A stretch of 64,000 bases of DNA from Ascidiella aspersa (GCA_963924565.1 OZ004615.1:20460001-20524000); one strand, 5' to 3'. Counted from the stretch's first letter, positions 51,401 through 63,943 are shown. Numbers and translations: made by a program. Notes: a model not told the origin generated them from the letters alone.

Positions 51401-54400
51401 TAACATAGTGGCCGTGTCCAATCTTTTAAAACGAACGCGCTAATCATTTAGTTTAACATTGGTACAAAATAGTCATGCTTACCCATGATATAGCTCATTC
51501 TCTTGTTAGACAAATGCAATGCCCCTGAAAAAGGGGGGACGTTTGCTAGAGAGCTAAATACGTTGATCATGGCAAGTTTGTTGCCGTAAGCTGGATCTGA
51601 AAGGCTGACAAACAATTTGATTTAATCAACGTATTAATCAAACGACCTAAACATTTATGCGGCAACAAAGACGACCGACTTATAAAAATAAGTTGCCGGG
51701 TAATAAGAACGTGCAGACAATTTAAGTTCTAGTGTTAATTTCAATTTATATTATATGTAGGACCATATACTTAATTTGTCGTACAACAAAAATAAGTTTA
51801 TTCTAGGAAAAAAAATCAAACTGGTGAAACATTGTCGTTGGCCTATACTTACACAAGGTTCATGGCGTCTATCAGCTTATTGAAGCGTTCGTCTCCATAC
51901 TCAAAACTCCTTCCGAAAGCTGTTTGTGACACTACGTTCGCAGTTACACAATTGAAGGCTTCCTGAACGAAATCATTATTTTAGATAAATCTCGAAGATC
52001 GTATTATTGATTGTCGTGTAAAGATTATATTGTGGCCCTTTATTTGAACAACTGTAGAGAATACTTTAGCAAAGCTAGCAATTAAGGTTATGGACACCAT
52101 GGAAATATTTTAAAAGATATACATATTTCGCCAGCTAGGCATCTTTAGTATATCTTAATTGAATATTCTGCAGTTACTGATAAGGAATTAAGGTGGATAT
52201 TTATCTTGCAGGGGTTCAAGGTGATTTCCAGTATCACACTTTTAATCCAACAAGTGCGATTAAATAATTCAAACCGTGATGGGCTTAAATACATTATATT
52301 TTCTTTAATTACACTTGTCAGGGACTTACCTTCAAATCGATGACTTGTCCGGAAGTACTTAAATCGTTCAGATGCGAAACAAACGCGTCTGCTTCGTTGT
52401 TTACGATCGATTCCATTTTGGTTTTTCCCAGCGTTTGTCTTCGGTGAAATTAAAACAGAAACCAGTTATTGGAATGCTTCGTTCATATTAATGATAGGCT
52501 ACTATAATAAATGTGTAACGTCAAGGTTGCACATCTTAAATTGTGGCGAGTTATTCTGTGCAATCCGTGGCGCAAAATACGGCGGGGTATCTTCACAGTA
52601 TAGGGATGTCCGATAATATCGGATCGAAGCCGATACCCGATTCCAAGTAGTAGCATTGGTCGTCCGATACTAGGTTGGTATCGGTGCCGATCCGATGCCG
52701 AATTAACATAAAATATGTGGACTTGTAATCCAATCAGCGATTTTATAAATTTATTAAATAATCTTAGGTTAACAACTAAACGTAACTAACCTAATATCAA
52801 TGAAACAAAAAATTCGACATATTAACCTGTAAAACATTACCTCTGAACGATTTAATTTCATCTATTTTCCTTTTTAGGTATCGCATTAAATTACATTGTA
52901 CTTACTCTTTTATAAATTTAACGGCAAACGCTTTGTGCGTCTTGTATTGGTCGCCGTACGGTTTGAAGATGATTCCGACATATTTCGTCAGTTTACTTAC
53001 TCTTTACTTACTCTTTGATAAATTTCAAAGCAAACGCCTTGTGTGCCTTGTACGCTTCGCCATATCGCTTAAAGATGATTCCGTCGTGTTTCGTCAGTGT
53101 GCAAAATAGTGCGATCCAAGGACGGTCAGAAAACGTGACGCCTTGCTTGACGAAAGCCTGCGAACACATATGTTTAACTCGATCGTGTTGTATATGTAAC
53201 GTTTAATCGACACGCAGTTTTTCCCCAAATACTTCTGCCGATACGTGTGTCGTTTATGTTGAGTAATTAAATTAAGTAACGCCCAAGGCCTCGGATATCC
53301 CAAATAAGCCTGAGCTATTTCTCCAGCAATTGATTAGGTTCACACAATGCTGTAAACACGTGAATTACAATGCTTTATCGGGAACACACAGTAAGGCCTA
53401 TAGCGCCACATAAAGCATAACACTAAGGCAAACGACATAATAAAGCCAAATACGCAGAATATCCACGGCAAAATAAACTCCGAAATCGTCTGAATATAAG
53501 ATCTGTTGGAGTAAGTGCTAAAACAATCGAAATAAGGCCTAAGAAAAATTGTGGGGAGGGATATGGGAAGATCTGACATAGGCCGTTTTCGACGTTTGGG
53601 CGCCTTAGTTTAAATGGCGTCGTTAGGGCGACGCTTTTTGGCACCGGACTGTTTACCCTGTTTGGGGTTAGTGGTGCGACTAATAGGTAGGGTTAGAATT
53701 TGGGTTAAGGTAGTAATTATAGGAGTTAGTAATGAAGGGTTGAGTTCGGGGTTAACTATAAGGTTTTATTGACCTTGTTCTTGGCTATTTAGGTCTTATT
53801 CCGTCGGGTTTATGACTTATTCGGAATACTACGTTATTACAACTATTACCCTCGATAAACTGTATAAACGCGTGTAACTTTGCAATGTAGCTGCATACCG
53901 CCTTTTCGCTGAACTTATTTTGCATTTATTGAAGCCTAAAAACATATCAAACAATCTTTTCCAGGGCTAGCCGGATATTCCAGATTATACGTCGATATAA
54001 TATCGCAAAGATAGAATATACTGTGTTGATAAGCCACTAAACCAGTGATTCTCAACCGCGGCTCTGAGAGCCGCATGCGGCTCTCACTAACGGAGTGAAA
54101 AATTAGTTAGTAGTAGCAGAATTGCAAAAAGGAAGTAAGAGAAATCAAGAATTAATGAATTGCATCAGAAAGGATCCCGAGTACGAAGTACTGATGTTAC
54201 TCCCGGGTACGAAGTACTAAAGTTAGCGGGTTACTTCCGTCCTGCTGTTTAAAATAATTTTGTGGTTTGTGACAAGGTGTCTAAATACATTCAGTGCAAA
54301 TCCGTTTTATTTTTAATCAAACTGTTTTCTTTAAAAAAATAATTACCTCGTAAGTATGCACTAATATTTCAATTAGACCTTCATGGACCCCCTAAAACTA

Positions 54401-54963
54401 GTTCACGCACCCCCAAGGGGTCCATGGACCCCAGTTTAAGAACCCCTGAGCTATGGCAGTAAGAAATAGGTATTTCAACAGTGTTAATTAGTTAGCCCAG
54501 GCTCACGTAATGTAGATTAGTTGTTTTCTTGTTGCTTTCTTACTGTTTTTTAATTATATGCCTACTGTTGTTTTTTATGCGGCTCCTTGCAAACCTTAGG
54601 TTTGAAATGCGGCTCTGGCACAAAAAAAGGTTGAGAATCACTGCACTAAACCCTATGTTAGCTTCTCACGTTGTTGATGGCGTCGAACGTGTTGAGAATA
54701 ACCATGTCAGTGAATCCCAGCCGAACCGACATCACAGGACCGTACCTCGAAAGGCTCCACTTCTTGAAGTCTTTGTGCGGATAGTCAGACATGGAAGGGG
54801 CGATCCCGAAAACGGGAAGTCCCCTGGGGCCGGGAGGGAACCGCGGGTGGGGCCTGCGGCGCCAAATCAGAAACAGGAGCCCGGCGAAAACGCACAGCCA
54901 CGTCCAAAAGTTTACCATAGATATCTGGCTGGCCACGTATTGCACTATTCCCCAGGTTACCAT
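48401..54963 (-). CDS. Cytochrome P450, clan 2 (CYP2-like, second subfamily), gene G6; 9 exons, ~509 aa
   Basis: Exons 54963-54670, 53157-53012, 52438-52330, 51962-51853, 51604-51483, 51142-51018, 50474-50330, 49406-49243, 48715-48401. Motifs AGTDTV, EVQR, PHRFDP, FSIGSRYCVG. Confidence 0.92.
49919..50169. mobile_element. hAT-type MITE, G6 intron 7
   Basis: TIR cagtgattctaaac/gtttaagaaccactg; TSD ttctaagc/ttcttagc. Confidence 0.8.
51189..51321. mobile_element. Foldback hairpin, probably an inverted Penelope-like pLTR remnant, in G6 intron 5
   Basis: Perfect 21-bp outer arms aattgtaaaattgttcttccg/cggaagaacaattttacaatt; inner arms carry (G)AAACGTTGG hammerhead 3' halves. Confidence 0.6.
52601..52705. 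mobile_element. 5' end of a TAGGGATG-type hAT element with ccgat subterminal repeats
   Basis: tagggatgtccgataatatcgg...ccgatac...atcggtgccgatccgatgccg; no matching other end was seen. Confidence 0.5.
52906..52992 (-). pseudogene. Second, divergent copy of the 3' half of exon 2, inside G6 intron 2
   Basis: Encodes LTKYVGIIFKPYGDQYKTHKAFAVKFIKE followed by its own GTAAGT donor; the main exon reads LTKHDGIIFKRYGEAYKAHKAFALKFIKE. Confidence 0.85.
54043..54643. mobile_element. Young hAT-type MITE in G6 intron 1, with a nested partial element (~54380-54448)
   Basis: Perfect 15-bp TIR cagtgattctcaacc/ggttgagaatcactg; perfect TSD cactaaac. Confidence 0.9.
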
Positions 54964-55816
54964 GTTTGATGGGTTTTACTGCACAAACCTAAGCTTTAGT
55001 TGTTTTGCTGTGTTGAACCTAAATTTTAGTTGCCTAATTCTAAAACAACAAAGTGTAAGTCACCGTTGACAAACAAATATTCAGTTTTGAAATGACGGAC
55101 TTTTCGCATAATGGTTCCTTGGTTGTCAGTATTCATTTCATCTTGTAAAAGGTTTACCCTACTTGCAATCATGTAAATCTTCTACAAACCTGTTTTATTG
55201 TTTCCCTTATCCAATTTGTTATTGCCTTTTAATTTCCAGTCGATATATTTAGCAAGTACAGCTACTACACCTGGTTTAGGCTATGAATGGTAGCCATTAG
55301 GTAATTATTCATTAGAAAGTACACCGGCGCGTTACTTACTTACAAACCAACTTGTTTTTGCGCAAATCAAGCAAAAAGTCGAAATTGATGGTCGATTTCA
55401 CAGCATCTGTGTAGCTAAAGCTCAAATTTCCTAATTCACATCAGTGTGTTGAACGTGTTATTTCGACACAGGTTCTTGTTTAAAACAATTCAGCATTGAG
55501 CTTAAGCAATCATTCATTTTAAAAACAGCGTCGCCCCTATATATAATTTCTTTGTCGATTTCAGCTCGAAAGATATTGATTTATTTTTATTTGACATGTA
55601 ATGTAAACAAACCCCCCAAAAAATTAAATAATAAAAACAATATTTTAACGAAACATTATAGCGTTTGTTGAAATAATTTTCGAAATATAAATCGTTCCAA
55701 ACTACAAACTTGAATGAAATATACGCAGACATATGTGTCCAACAACTGTGATCCAATCCTTATGGAGCTGCTTTTTTGCCACCGATTACGGCTTACGTAT
55801 GAAAAATACACTGATC

Positions 55817-55910
55817 GCAGGCTAAGCGAATTTGTCGATCAATGATGCATGCAAGGCAGGCTAAAAAAACAAACAGACTGCAGTGACGTTCAAACTCACG
55901 ACCTTCGGTC
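55817..55910 (-). mobile_element. 5'-truncated copy of the same tRNA-derived SINE, ~0.9 kb upstream of G6
   Basis: atcaatgatgca...caggcta...actgcagtga..ttc.aactcacgaccttcg is shared with 63817-63902. Confidence 0.65.
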
Positions 55911-58900
55911 ATAACTTTAAACTTAATATGGTGTCTAATCTCTATTTAACACATTCTAAATATATGACTATTGAAAGAAATACTAATCAATCGTTATAGT
56001 TTTAACACGGTATACTTATCTGCTGCTCACCACAAAGCGTCTGCTTAACGTCATACGCAACCAAGACCAGCTTACTAAAAGCGGTATTTGTGTTAGCTCC
56101 GTTTCTAGAATTGCACCTTGTGGCCTAACCTTCGCGAAATCGTTTAATTCGCTTTATTAAACACTGAACTGTGTCGATTTTTACAAAAGTTTACGAACAC
56201 GTTATGAACACAATTAGCATGATGAAAACTAGACAAATACCACCCTTTTAGCTTTCTAATATCGTCAAACTTCAAGAAAACGAAATATAACCCTTAAGGG
56301 TGATCTGTTAGATTGTTAGAACACGAACACCGGGCAATATACAAACATACAAGCATGTAAAACTATATTACCCCTCAATTATGCCGTCAATTAGGACCTC
56401 TCAACGTTGGCGAAAATTGTCTAACTTTCTGCAAATTCACACGGTGTTTTACCACCGATGCATCTTCCGCATAATAGTTTACCTGACCGCGTGACATGCC
56501 ATGCAAGTATAAACTTCCACCGAAAGTAAAGGAAGAGCAAGCGATTCTTCACCGCATTTATCGAGATACGAGTCACTTCCTACGACGACTATGCCTTGCA
56601 TATAGTATTTACTTACATTCGGGCAAGCCGTATACAGTAGTATTACGTAGTACTTTTAGCGACTTCCTGTTAATCTCAAAAACAGTCAACAAACAAAGAG
56701 CGCCGCCCGCATTAAGGATTTACTGGCTGCTAAAAAATACCACTTTTGTATAACTCTATAGCATAACTAGAAATCAGCAAATAACCACTGAGTAGTAATC
56801 TTTGAAATAAAGAACTTGCATGTTCGCTTTTTTAACGCAAAGACCATGTACTTAATAGGCACATTTACATGTTAGCCCTGCGCGTGCTAAAAAATCGTGA
56901 CCGCTCATTATTGTGGAGACAAATGAGCTGCATGGTTGAAACGTACATTTTAGGTTGCGTGTCGCGCTAAACCAGTGTGTAACAGCAAACTAAACATTAG
57001 CAGGAAAAAAGCACACAGCTTATCTGTAAACTATACTTTTGTATCAGGGTTTCATTCTAAATCTAAACGAATAACAGAATGCTCAGATTTGATGTGTGAG
57101 ACGTTATTAATATATATTTATTTAGCTTTTGTGGCACCTGATATTATCGCTGATTTTCCGTCTCATTGCTCTTTAGCTTTTACTAACCTATTAGCAGACC
57201 GTGTTCACGAAAATCATTCGCTCCTTTTTGACTCTAATGTAATAAATTAGGCATTTTAACTTTGCTTTCAAGATGACAGAAAGCATTCAAAATAGCTATG
57301 ACTTAAAATCCCAACAAACAAGCCGCTATTGTGTCCTTTTTTACTCTAATCAGTTGTGATTTATACTTTATTTTTAGTTTGAAAAAAAATATTTGGATTG
57401 CGCTAACTTAAATCAAATCGTTCTCATTTGCATAAGTGCATTCCAGTAGTTTTATTTAAATGTTGATTGATTTGAAACGTTAAATTCCCTTTAATGCACT
57501 ACATTCGCAGAATGAAATAGGCAGATGTGACTTGTTTCTCCCCGGTCCGTTTTTAGTCATAGTAGCTCATTCAGGAGAGCGACAACCCTTGAATGGCCAA
57601 GGTCGTACATTCTAATCTAACTCAAGCTATAGCTATTCTTCCAACACCTGGCTTGAAAGTAAACTCCTTCACGTCAACTGATTTGGGTTCTAACACTAAT
57701 TTTGCGATGTGTTGTTTGAATAGGCTAATTAGGTGACCCTACACCAGTTGTTCAGCGGAAAAGTGATGCCCCTCATTTGGACTACACATTTGAGTTTAAC
57801 AGTTGAAAAATAAAAATTCTTTAGGAGCTTGGCCCCCAAAAGACTGTTCCGGCCCCCCCCAGGAAAGTCAAGGGCCATGGTTGAAAAACCCTACCTTATC
57901 CCCCACGTCAATCAATCCAGCAAAACCTAATTAAAATGGCTTGTTACGCACTGCGTACCTCGTCACGCGCATGTATCTCGTTACGGTAAACGTTTTTTTA
58001 TTTCTTATGCATGCCTGGCTGTAGTAGCTAAACGGTCTAATTTTGTTGGTTTGTTTATTTTGGTATTTATTTCACAAAATTCAACTGGGTTGAGTAGCCA
58101 GAATTTTTACACATTTTGATGTATTATTATGGTTTGGTGTCATCCATGCATTTCTGCCTAGTTTGTTAGCTGCGACAAGTTGGACCAACGTTTCTTGAAG
58201 CGAATACCTTAAATCTCATACCGGGCGTTTTAGGCTGCATTCTCTTATAAGTAAAGCTTGTATTTTGTTATTAACTAGTTTCATAATCGACAACCGTCTA
58301 TCCTTTACAGAAAAGCTAACCTGATTCGAGCAATACACTTCAACCACCTTGTTATATCTTTGGCACACCGTCTCTGATTGTTATTCAGTCGACCGTCTCC
58401 GATTGTTATTCAGTCAACTCTTTACAATTTATTGAAACTCAACGAATCGTCGAAATTTGTCCTGGAGATAAAGCTAGGCAAAACAGTGTCTGAATTGCGA
58501 GTGCACAATCCCTCTCTAAATGTTTATGTTTTAAAGATAGGAATGTTGATCTAATTATAATCCGTCATAATTACTTTGACAGCACCGAGACAATGCGACA
58601 CGCTTAGTCAAAGTGTTTCTATAGTTTTGTAAAAAAAATATATGAGGAGACCTTCTATACGCATTGTATTATTCTAAATACCCCATTTTGCGCCAATATA
58701 GAATTTTATTGCAAACAAAGAATAGCTTTGTTCGATGTGGAAACGACGTTCATACACTTCCGGTTTTTAACCTGACAAATAAGTGGTGAAGACATAGAAA
58801 ACTAAGGTAATTGGATATGGACCGAGTAACGAGTATAGATTACAAGAAAAAAGTTAAAAATTCATGGTAAAGGAAAACAATCAGGCTACACATTCGACCC

Positions 58901-59301
58901 AATTTAGAAAGCGTATTACAGCATATAGTGCAGTGGTTCTAAACCTTGTTATTGTGTTGTATTGATTTTGATTAACCTCTTCGTAAAAGTATAACGTTAT
59001 GACATGCAATCAACAAGAAAAACAAGCCAAACTAGAATAACCCTTATAAGTGCATTCAAATGAACATAAACACTGATAACACAAATGGCGGATACTAATT
59101 TTGGCATTCAGCGGTTCAATTTAGAATCTCATCTCAAATTGCCACAATAATTCCGTCAAACTTGAAAATTTCCACACTGGGAGTAAAACCAGCAGGTCAA
59201 AAACCACTAGCAAAGCGTAAAGGTACAGTAGAGAGCAATAACACATTCAAAATGTCCTGCTATGGTGCAAGGAAAATTCGTGTCGAGGCACAGTTTCCAA
59301 G

Positions 59302-62300
59302 TTAATTTCGAATCTCGAGCCTGACGAGGCATTCGTGCGGCGAAACAACCGCCGAAACGTTCTCGTTATCGAGAGGAGGCAAGTGCGGATTGGCACTTCG
59401 GACGTGAAACTTCTGCACTATCTTGACAAATACCATGAAGAACTCGATCCGGGCAACGCTGTCGCCGACGCAGTAGCGAGAACCTATCGAGAAAGGAATG
59501 ATCTTGTTGGAGTTGACGAACTTGCCTTCGTCGTCGATGTGGCGCCGAGGGTCGAACCTGTGCGGCTCCGGCCAAGTCTCAGGGTCCATGTGTGCTCCGT
59601 AGATGTTCGGCATCACCTTTAAGAGACCATAGTCGGTATTATTTACCGATGGCTTGTAAACTTAAAAACACTACAATGTTGATCATGAAGCGTGAACATA
59701 ATGGACTGATCCAATGCGCCGTTTGTTCCTTTTTCGCCAATTAAACATTATTGATCTTGTTACAAATGAAGCGGCAAGCTCGCGATTTATGAAATGTTAT
59801 CCTAATAATGGCCAACCATGAAACCTCGTGAAAAAACAGATGGTGAACAGTCTTTTAATGCTAAAAATTTCGGATCAACATGACTCATCTTGGGCCTAAG
59901 ATACGCGAAAGGCTAGAAAGGACATAATAGACTATATAATTATGTACTTGAGTTGGTCAAACAAGCGGTTCAGTCGCCCAATAATGCCAGCACATACGGT
60001 GAAGGGACACTCTATCGTGTCACGGCAATAGTGTCCGAAAACACCCAAGAACATTAAAAGGCATCCAGCTTACAGGGGTTCCTTTTGGAATCACGAATCC
60101 GTTGATCTCAACCTCGGCAAGCGTCATGTGTTGAACAGCAAGCGGCACCATGGCCTGGACTCTTTGCACTTCGAGGATAAAGGCGCAGGTAAAGGGCATC
60201 TCCGACCGCTTCGACATGCTCGGGATACCCGAAGATCCTGCGTAACAGCAGGTTAACACCGAACGTATATAAATTAATATCGGTTGAATAAGACTTTTAT
60301 GACAGGTTCATTGAAGATGTTTGCGGCCAAATATTCGTATGGATTTTTAATCTAAATACAACACTGTGACGAAATCTACCATATTTCAGCATTATGCATG
60401 TTCTGTTGCCTTTCATTAGCAAGACCTTCTTTTTGACCTCTTGTATCTTTTGTAGAGATGCTTTAAAATCAGTTAACTTTAGTGTCTTCTTATTTGTTTT
60501 CTCGGGTTATATGCGCCGACACCGCGGGATCAATTGGTTCAGTTAACTGCGGTTTTGCGCCAAAATTTCAAGATTAAATGACAATTTCGGATGACAACAG
60601 TCTCTCTAGTTCAGGGGCCGGGAACCTTATTAGCTCAGGGAGCACTAAAAGCCAAATATTCCTGGTTGTGTTTCCATGGGAGCCATATAATACTATTAAC
60701 ATCTAGTTATAGGTTGGCAAAAATAGTAAATTGAAAAGGGAAGTTTTATTTGTTCTCATTTAAAGGGCAGAACATGAACTAGCTAAGTTTGCACAATTTT
60801 AAAACGGAGTTCCGTTAAAAGAATAGGGCCTTTTGAATATTAAGAGATTCCTTCAAACGGGATAGCAGTTTAAAAAATAAACAGGATTAGCGCGAAGCGC
60901 CGAAAATGTGCTACTATATGTAATTAAAAAGGAAATATAAAATTAGGAAAGCGGCCATGGTCGCGTGCAGTTTTATTTAGATCATGCTGTGAAATGATAG
61001 CTTAGATTTATTTGCAAGCAAGATTATTTAATCAAAAGAGCCATATTGCGTCACAAAAAGAGCCATATATGGCGTCACAAAAAGAGCCATATATGGCGTC
61101 ATAAAAAGAGTCATATATAGAACCCTAAGTTCCCGAACCCTGCTCTAGTTCTGTGCCATTTACAAGCGTTGGTTTGTTTGTAGGGTCGCCTGAAAAATCA
61201 CCGTTATTTCCCTGCCGGCTGAATAACTGTGCAGTTAAAGTTTACACGTAGTAGCTTACCAAGCACGCTCAGCACTTCCTGTTCAATTTGCTTTTCGAAT
61301 TCTGGGTAGTTGAGCATGTAGACAAACAGCCAGGCAATCTCCATCGCTGTGGTGTCAGTTCCTGCCACGAACATGTCACGGCAAGTGGTCACCAACTGGA
61401 TGTCCTGCGTTAAGTTGAAATGTTTTGCATTGTTTTTGCATTGTAAATTAATTTCCTATGCAAAGGTTAAATGATGGCGATATAGCGAACTAAACAAACT
61501 AATGGCAAATCGGTTACACGTATTTATACTGTAAAACGGAAAGAACTATTGTGTTTGTTGTTATGCATCAACCGGTACGGCCCGAGGTTTAGGGACTCCA
61601 GATGCTGGTTATGCGGGAACGTCATTTCTACAAATAAAGATAACCATCGCAGAGAAACTTGTTCGAGTAGAAAACAGGATTTTTTGTGGTTCTGACAGCA
61701 TACTTCTCCTCGATTTTGCTCTACTGTCATATTCGAAATAATAGGCTGTATAGTATTGTACTTTAATTTTGTTTTTTTTATTTCGTTGTTTTGCATCACG
61801 CGGGTTTGACAATCCTTTGTTTAAATTAAGACAAAAATAAGGTCAACAAGGGTACCTGCCTTTCGTTATATACAATATTCAGAAAACTCTGTTATCACTT
61901 GTATTTAAAACCATTAAACACCTACTGTAAATCCGTGTTCCTTGGTTCTATTGCCGTGCTTTTGCTCGTAGAGAAACGCATCGATATAATCTCCGATGTG
62001 TTTTGGGTCGAATCGCTTCTCGTGTTCCGCTATCTCTTCTCTAATAACGTCTGCAAGAAGTCATATGTGAAGCCTGTAACAGTTTAACCTCTGTCTAACA
62101 AGAAACGTTTTTAAATACATTTTGTTTACTGCATTCCAAAGCCATTGTAGGTCGTTAATACTTCAAAAAAGAAATTGGAGACAAATTCATTTTGAACCGT
62201 ACTACAAATATAATTTCTCTTTATTTCGAAAGTTAAGGAACATCAGGGTGGCTAGGCAAATCAACGGTTGACTTAACTGATAGAAAGTTAGAATAAGTAA

Positions 62301-63757
62301 AGGCAAAGTATATAGGTAATGGTTGTAGCTGTTTCTTTACATTGGCCGAAAGTGGTGGTGTCGGGGATGTCTGAACGACTCAGATACATAGGTAACCGAC
62401 CTTTGGCGTCATTTACGGCATACGTTTATAATCGACAACCATCTACTGCAGCGGTTCTTAAAGTGGGCGACCGCCCCTTTTGGGCGAAAGAGATATAAAT
62501 GAGGGATAAAACCTTGACCGGGGTGATAGGGGTGTGTGTGTGTGAGGGGGGAGTGCATATAAGTTTGACACTGGTCTATCACTTTGTGTTGGAACTATAT
62601 AGAACTGTTAGTTGTAGCTGTTCCGAAATGCATCGAGACAGTTAAGGAACTACTTAACTATACTATATAGAAAGAGTGGGCAACTTACGGCTCGCGGGCC
62701 AGATCCGGCCCGCCAACGCAAATCATCCGACCCGCGATCTATTTTACAAACTGGGCACGAGTCCTTTGTTCATATTTTTTGGCTATTTTAACCACGAAAA
62801 AGCAAATATATTTTTGCGCTTTGTTAATCTTGTTCCTCCATCGGGTGTAAATTGAAAAATACCATAGTTTTATTGCTGGTGTTATAACAAGATGCGTAAC
62901 TCTACACAGTTAACATCTGACAGCCCGCGGAGACCTTTTTAAGATTGGTTTTGGCCCGCGAATAGAAAATGTTGCCCCCCTGCTATATAGCATAAAAGGA
63001 TTTTTCGTTTTGCTTACCCATGATATAGCTCATCCTCTTGTTAGATAGGGATAACGCGCCGGAAAAAGGTGGGACGTTTGACAGGAAGCTAAACACGTTG
63101 ATCATGGCAAGTTTGTTTCCGTAAGCGGGATCTGAAAGCCTAAAGAAAGCAATTCCATGTATCAATATTAGGTTAATTACACGTGCTGATGGAACGTTAA
63201 ATTAGGCAGTGGATAATAATAACATGCAGACTATTTAATGTTTAACATTATTTTTGTTTAATAGCATGTCGAGTGAATTACGGTAGATTTATTTAGTCGT
63301 TCACCAGTACGGAACTTATTGCTTCTGTAGGCCTAATGATCTCAATAGAAAATGCTAAGATGAAACTGACGGCAAAAATGAGAACTTATGTAATTTGTAG
63401 TAAATGTTTGTTTACTTACACATTATACACGGCGTCTATAAGTTTGTTGAAGCTTTCGTCGCCATACTCGAATCTCCTTCCAAAAGCCGTTTGTGCCACT
63501 ATGTTCGCAGTTACACAATTGAGCGATTTCTAAAAAAATAGTTTTGGAAAAAATGTCAATTACTCATTAAACTGATGCCTTGACCCTGCATAAATATGTG
63601 TGATCAATAATTCAAAATTTCAAACTAATATTTATCTAGCGCCTATACCTTGAAGTCGATAGCTTCCCCGTTTGCACTTAGATCCTTAAGGTACGAAACA
63701 AATGTATCTCCTTCGTGGTTTACCAACGACTCCATTCTGGATTTGCCGAGCGTTTGT
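59302..63757 (-). CDS. Cytochrome P450, clan 2 (second subfamily), gene G7; 5'-partial (exons 3-9, exons 1-2 beyond the window)
   Basis: Exons 63757-63649, 63529-63420, 63139-63018, 62050-61926, 61404-61260, 60237-60074, 59616-59302. Motifs AGTDTT, EVQR, FSIGSRYCVG. Confidence 0.9.
60612..61142. mobile_element. hAT-type MITE, G7 intron 7
   Basis: Ends caggggccgggaac/gttcccgaaccctg; perfect TSD ctctagtt; internal aaaagagccatatatggcgtcac tandem units at ~61034-61117. Confidence 0.85.
62671..62982. mobile_element. hAT-type MITE, G7 intron 5
   Basis: Ends gtgggcaac...gttgcccccctg; ggcccgc motifs; perfect TSD ctatatag. Confidence 0.8.
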
Positions 63758-63816
63758 CTTAAGTAAAAATAAGAGAGCAATCAGCTGTTGAAATTCTAGT
63801 ACACCGAAAGGCCATC

Positions 63817-63943
63817 GCAGACTCACCGAATCTGTCCATCAATGATGCAAGCAAATCAGGCTAGAAAAACAACTGCAGTGAGATTCGAACTCACGACCTT
63901 CGACAATACCGGAATCGTCGCTCTACAAACGGAGCTACATAGG
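63817..63943 (-). mobile_element. tRNA-derived SINE
   Basis: Minus strand gtagctccgtttgtagagc (A-box-like) ... gtgagttcgaatctcac (B box with T-arm hairpin), followed by a tail shared with 55817-55910. Confidence 0.7.

Noticed and set aside
54529-55069. 146-aa and 92-aa plus-strand ORFs
   Set aside because: They span a MITE end and the GC-rich antisense strand of G6 exon 1.
61034-61117. Short tandem repeats that could resemble a CRISPR array (also 58368-58420 and 11338-11475)
   Set aside because: Eukaryotic DNA with no unique spacers; these are MITE subterminal repeats or local slippage duplications.
63870-63943. tRNA gene
   Set aside because: A and B boxes are present, but there is no convincing acceptor or anticodon stem, and the tail is shared with a second copy, so it is called a SINE.
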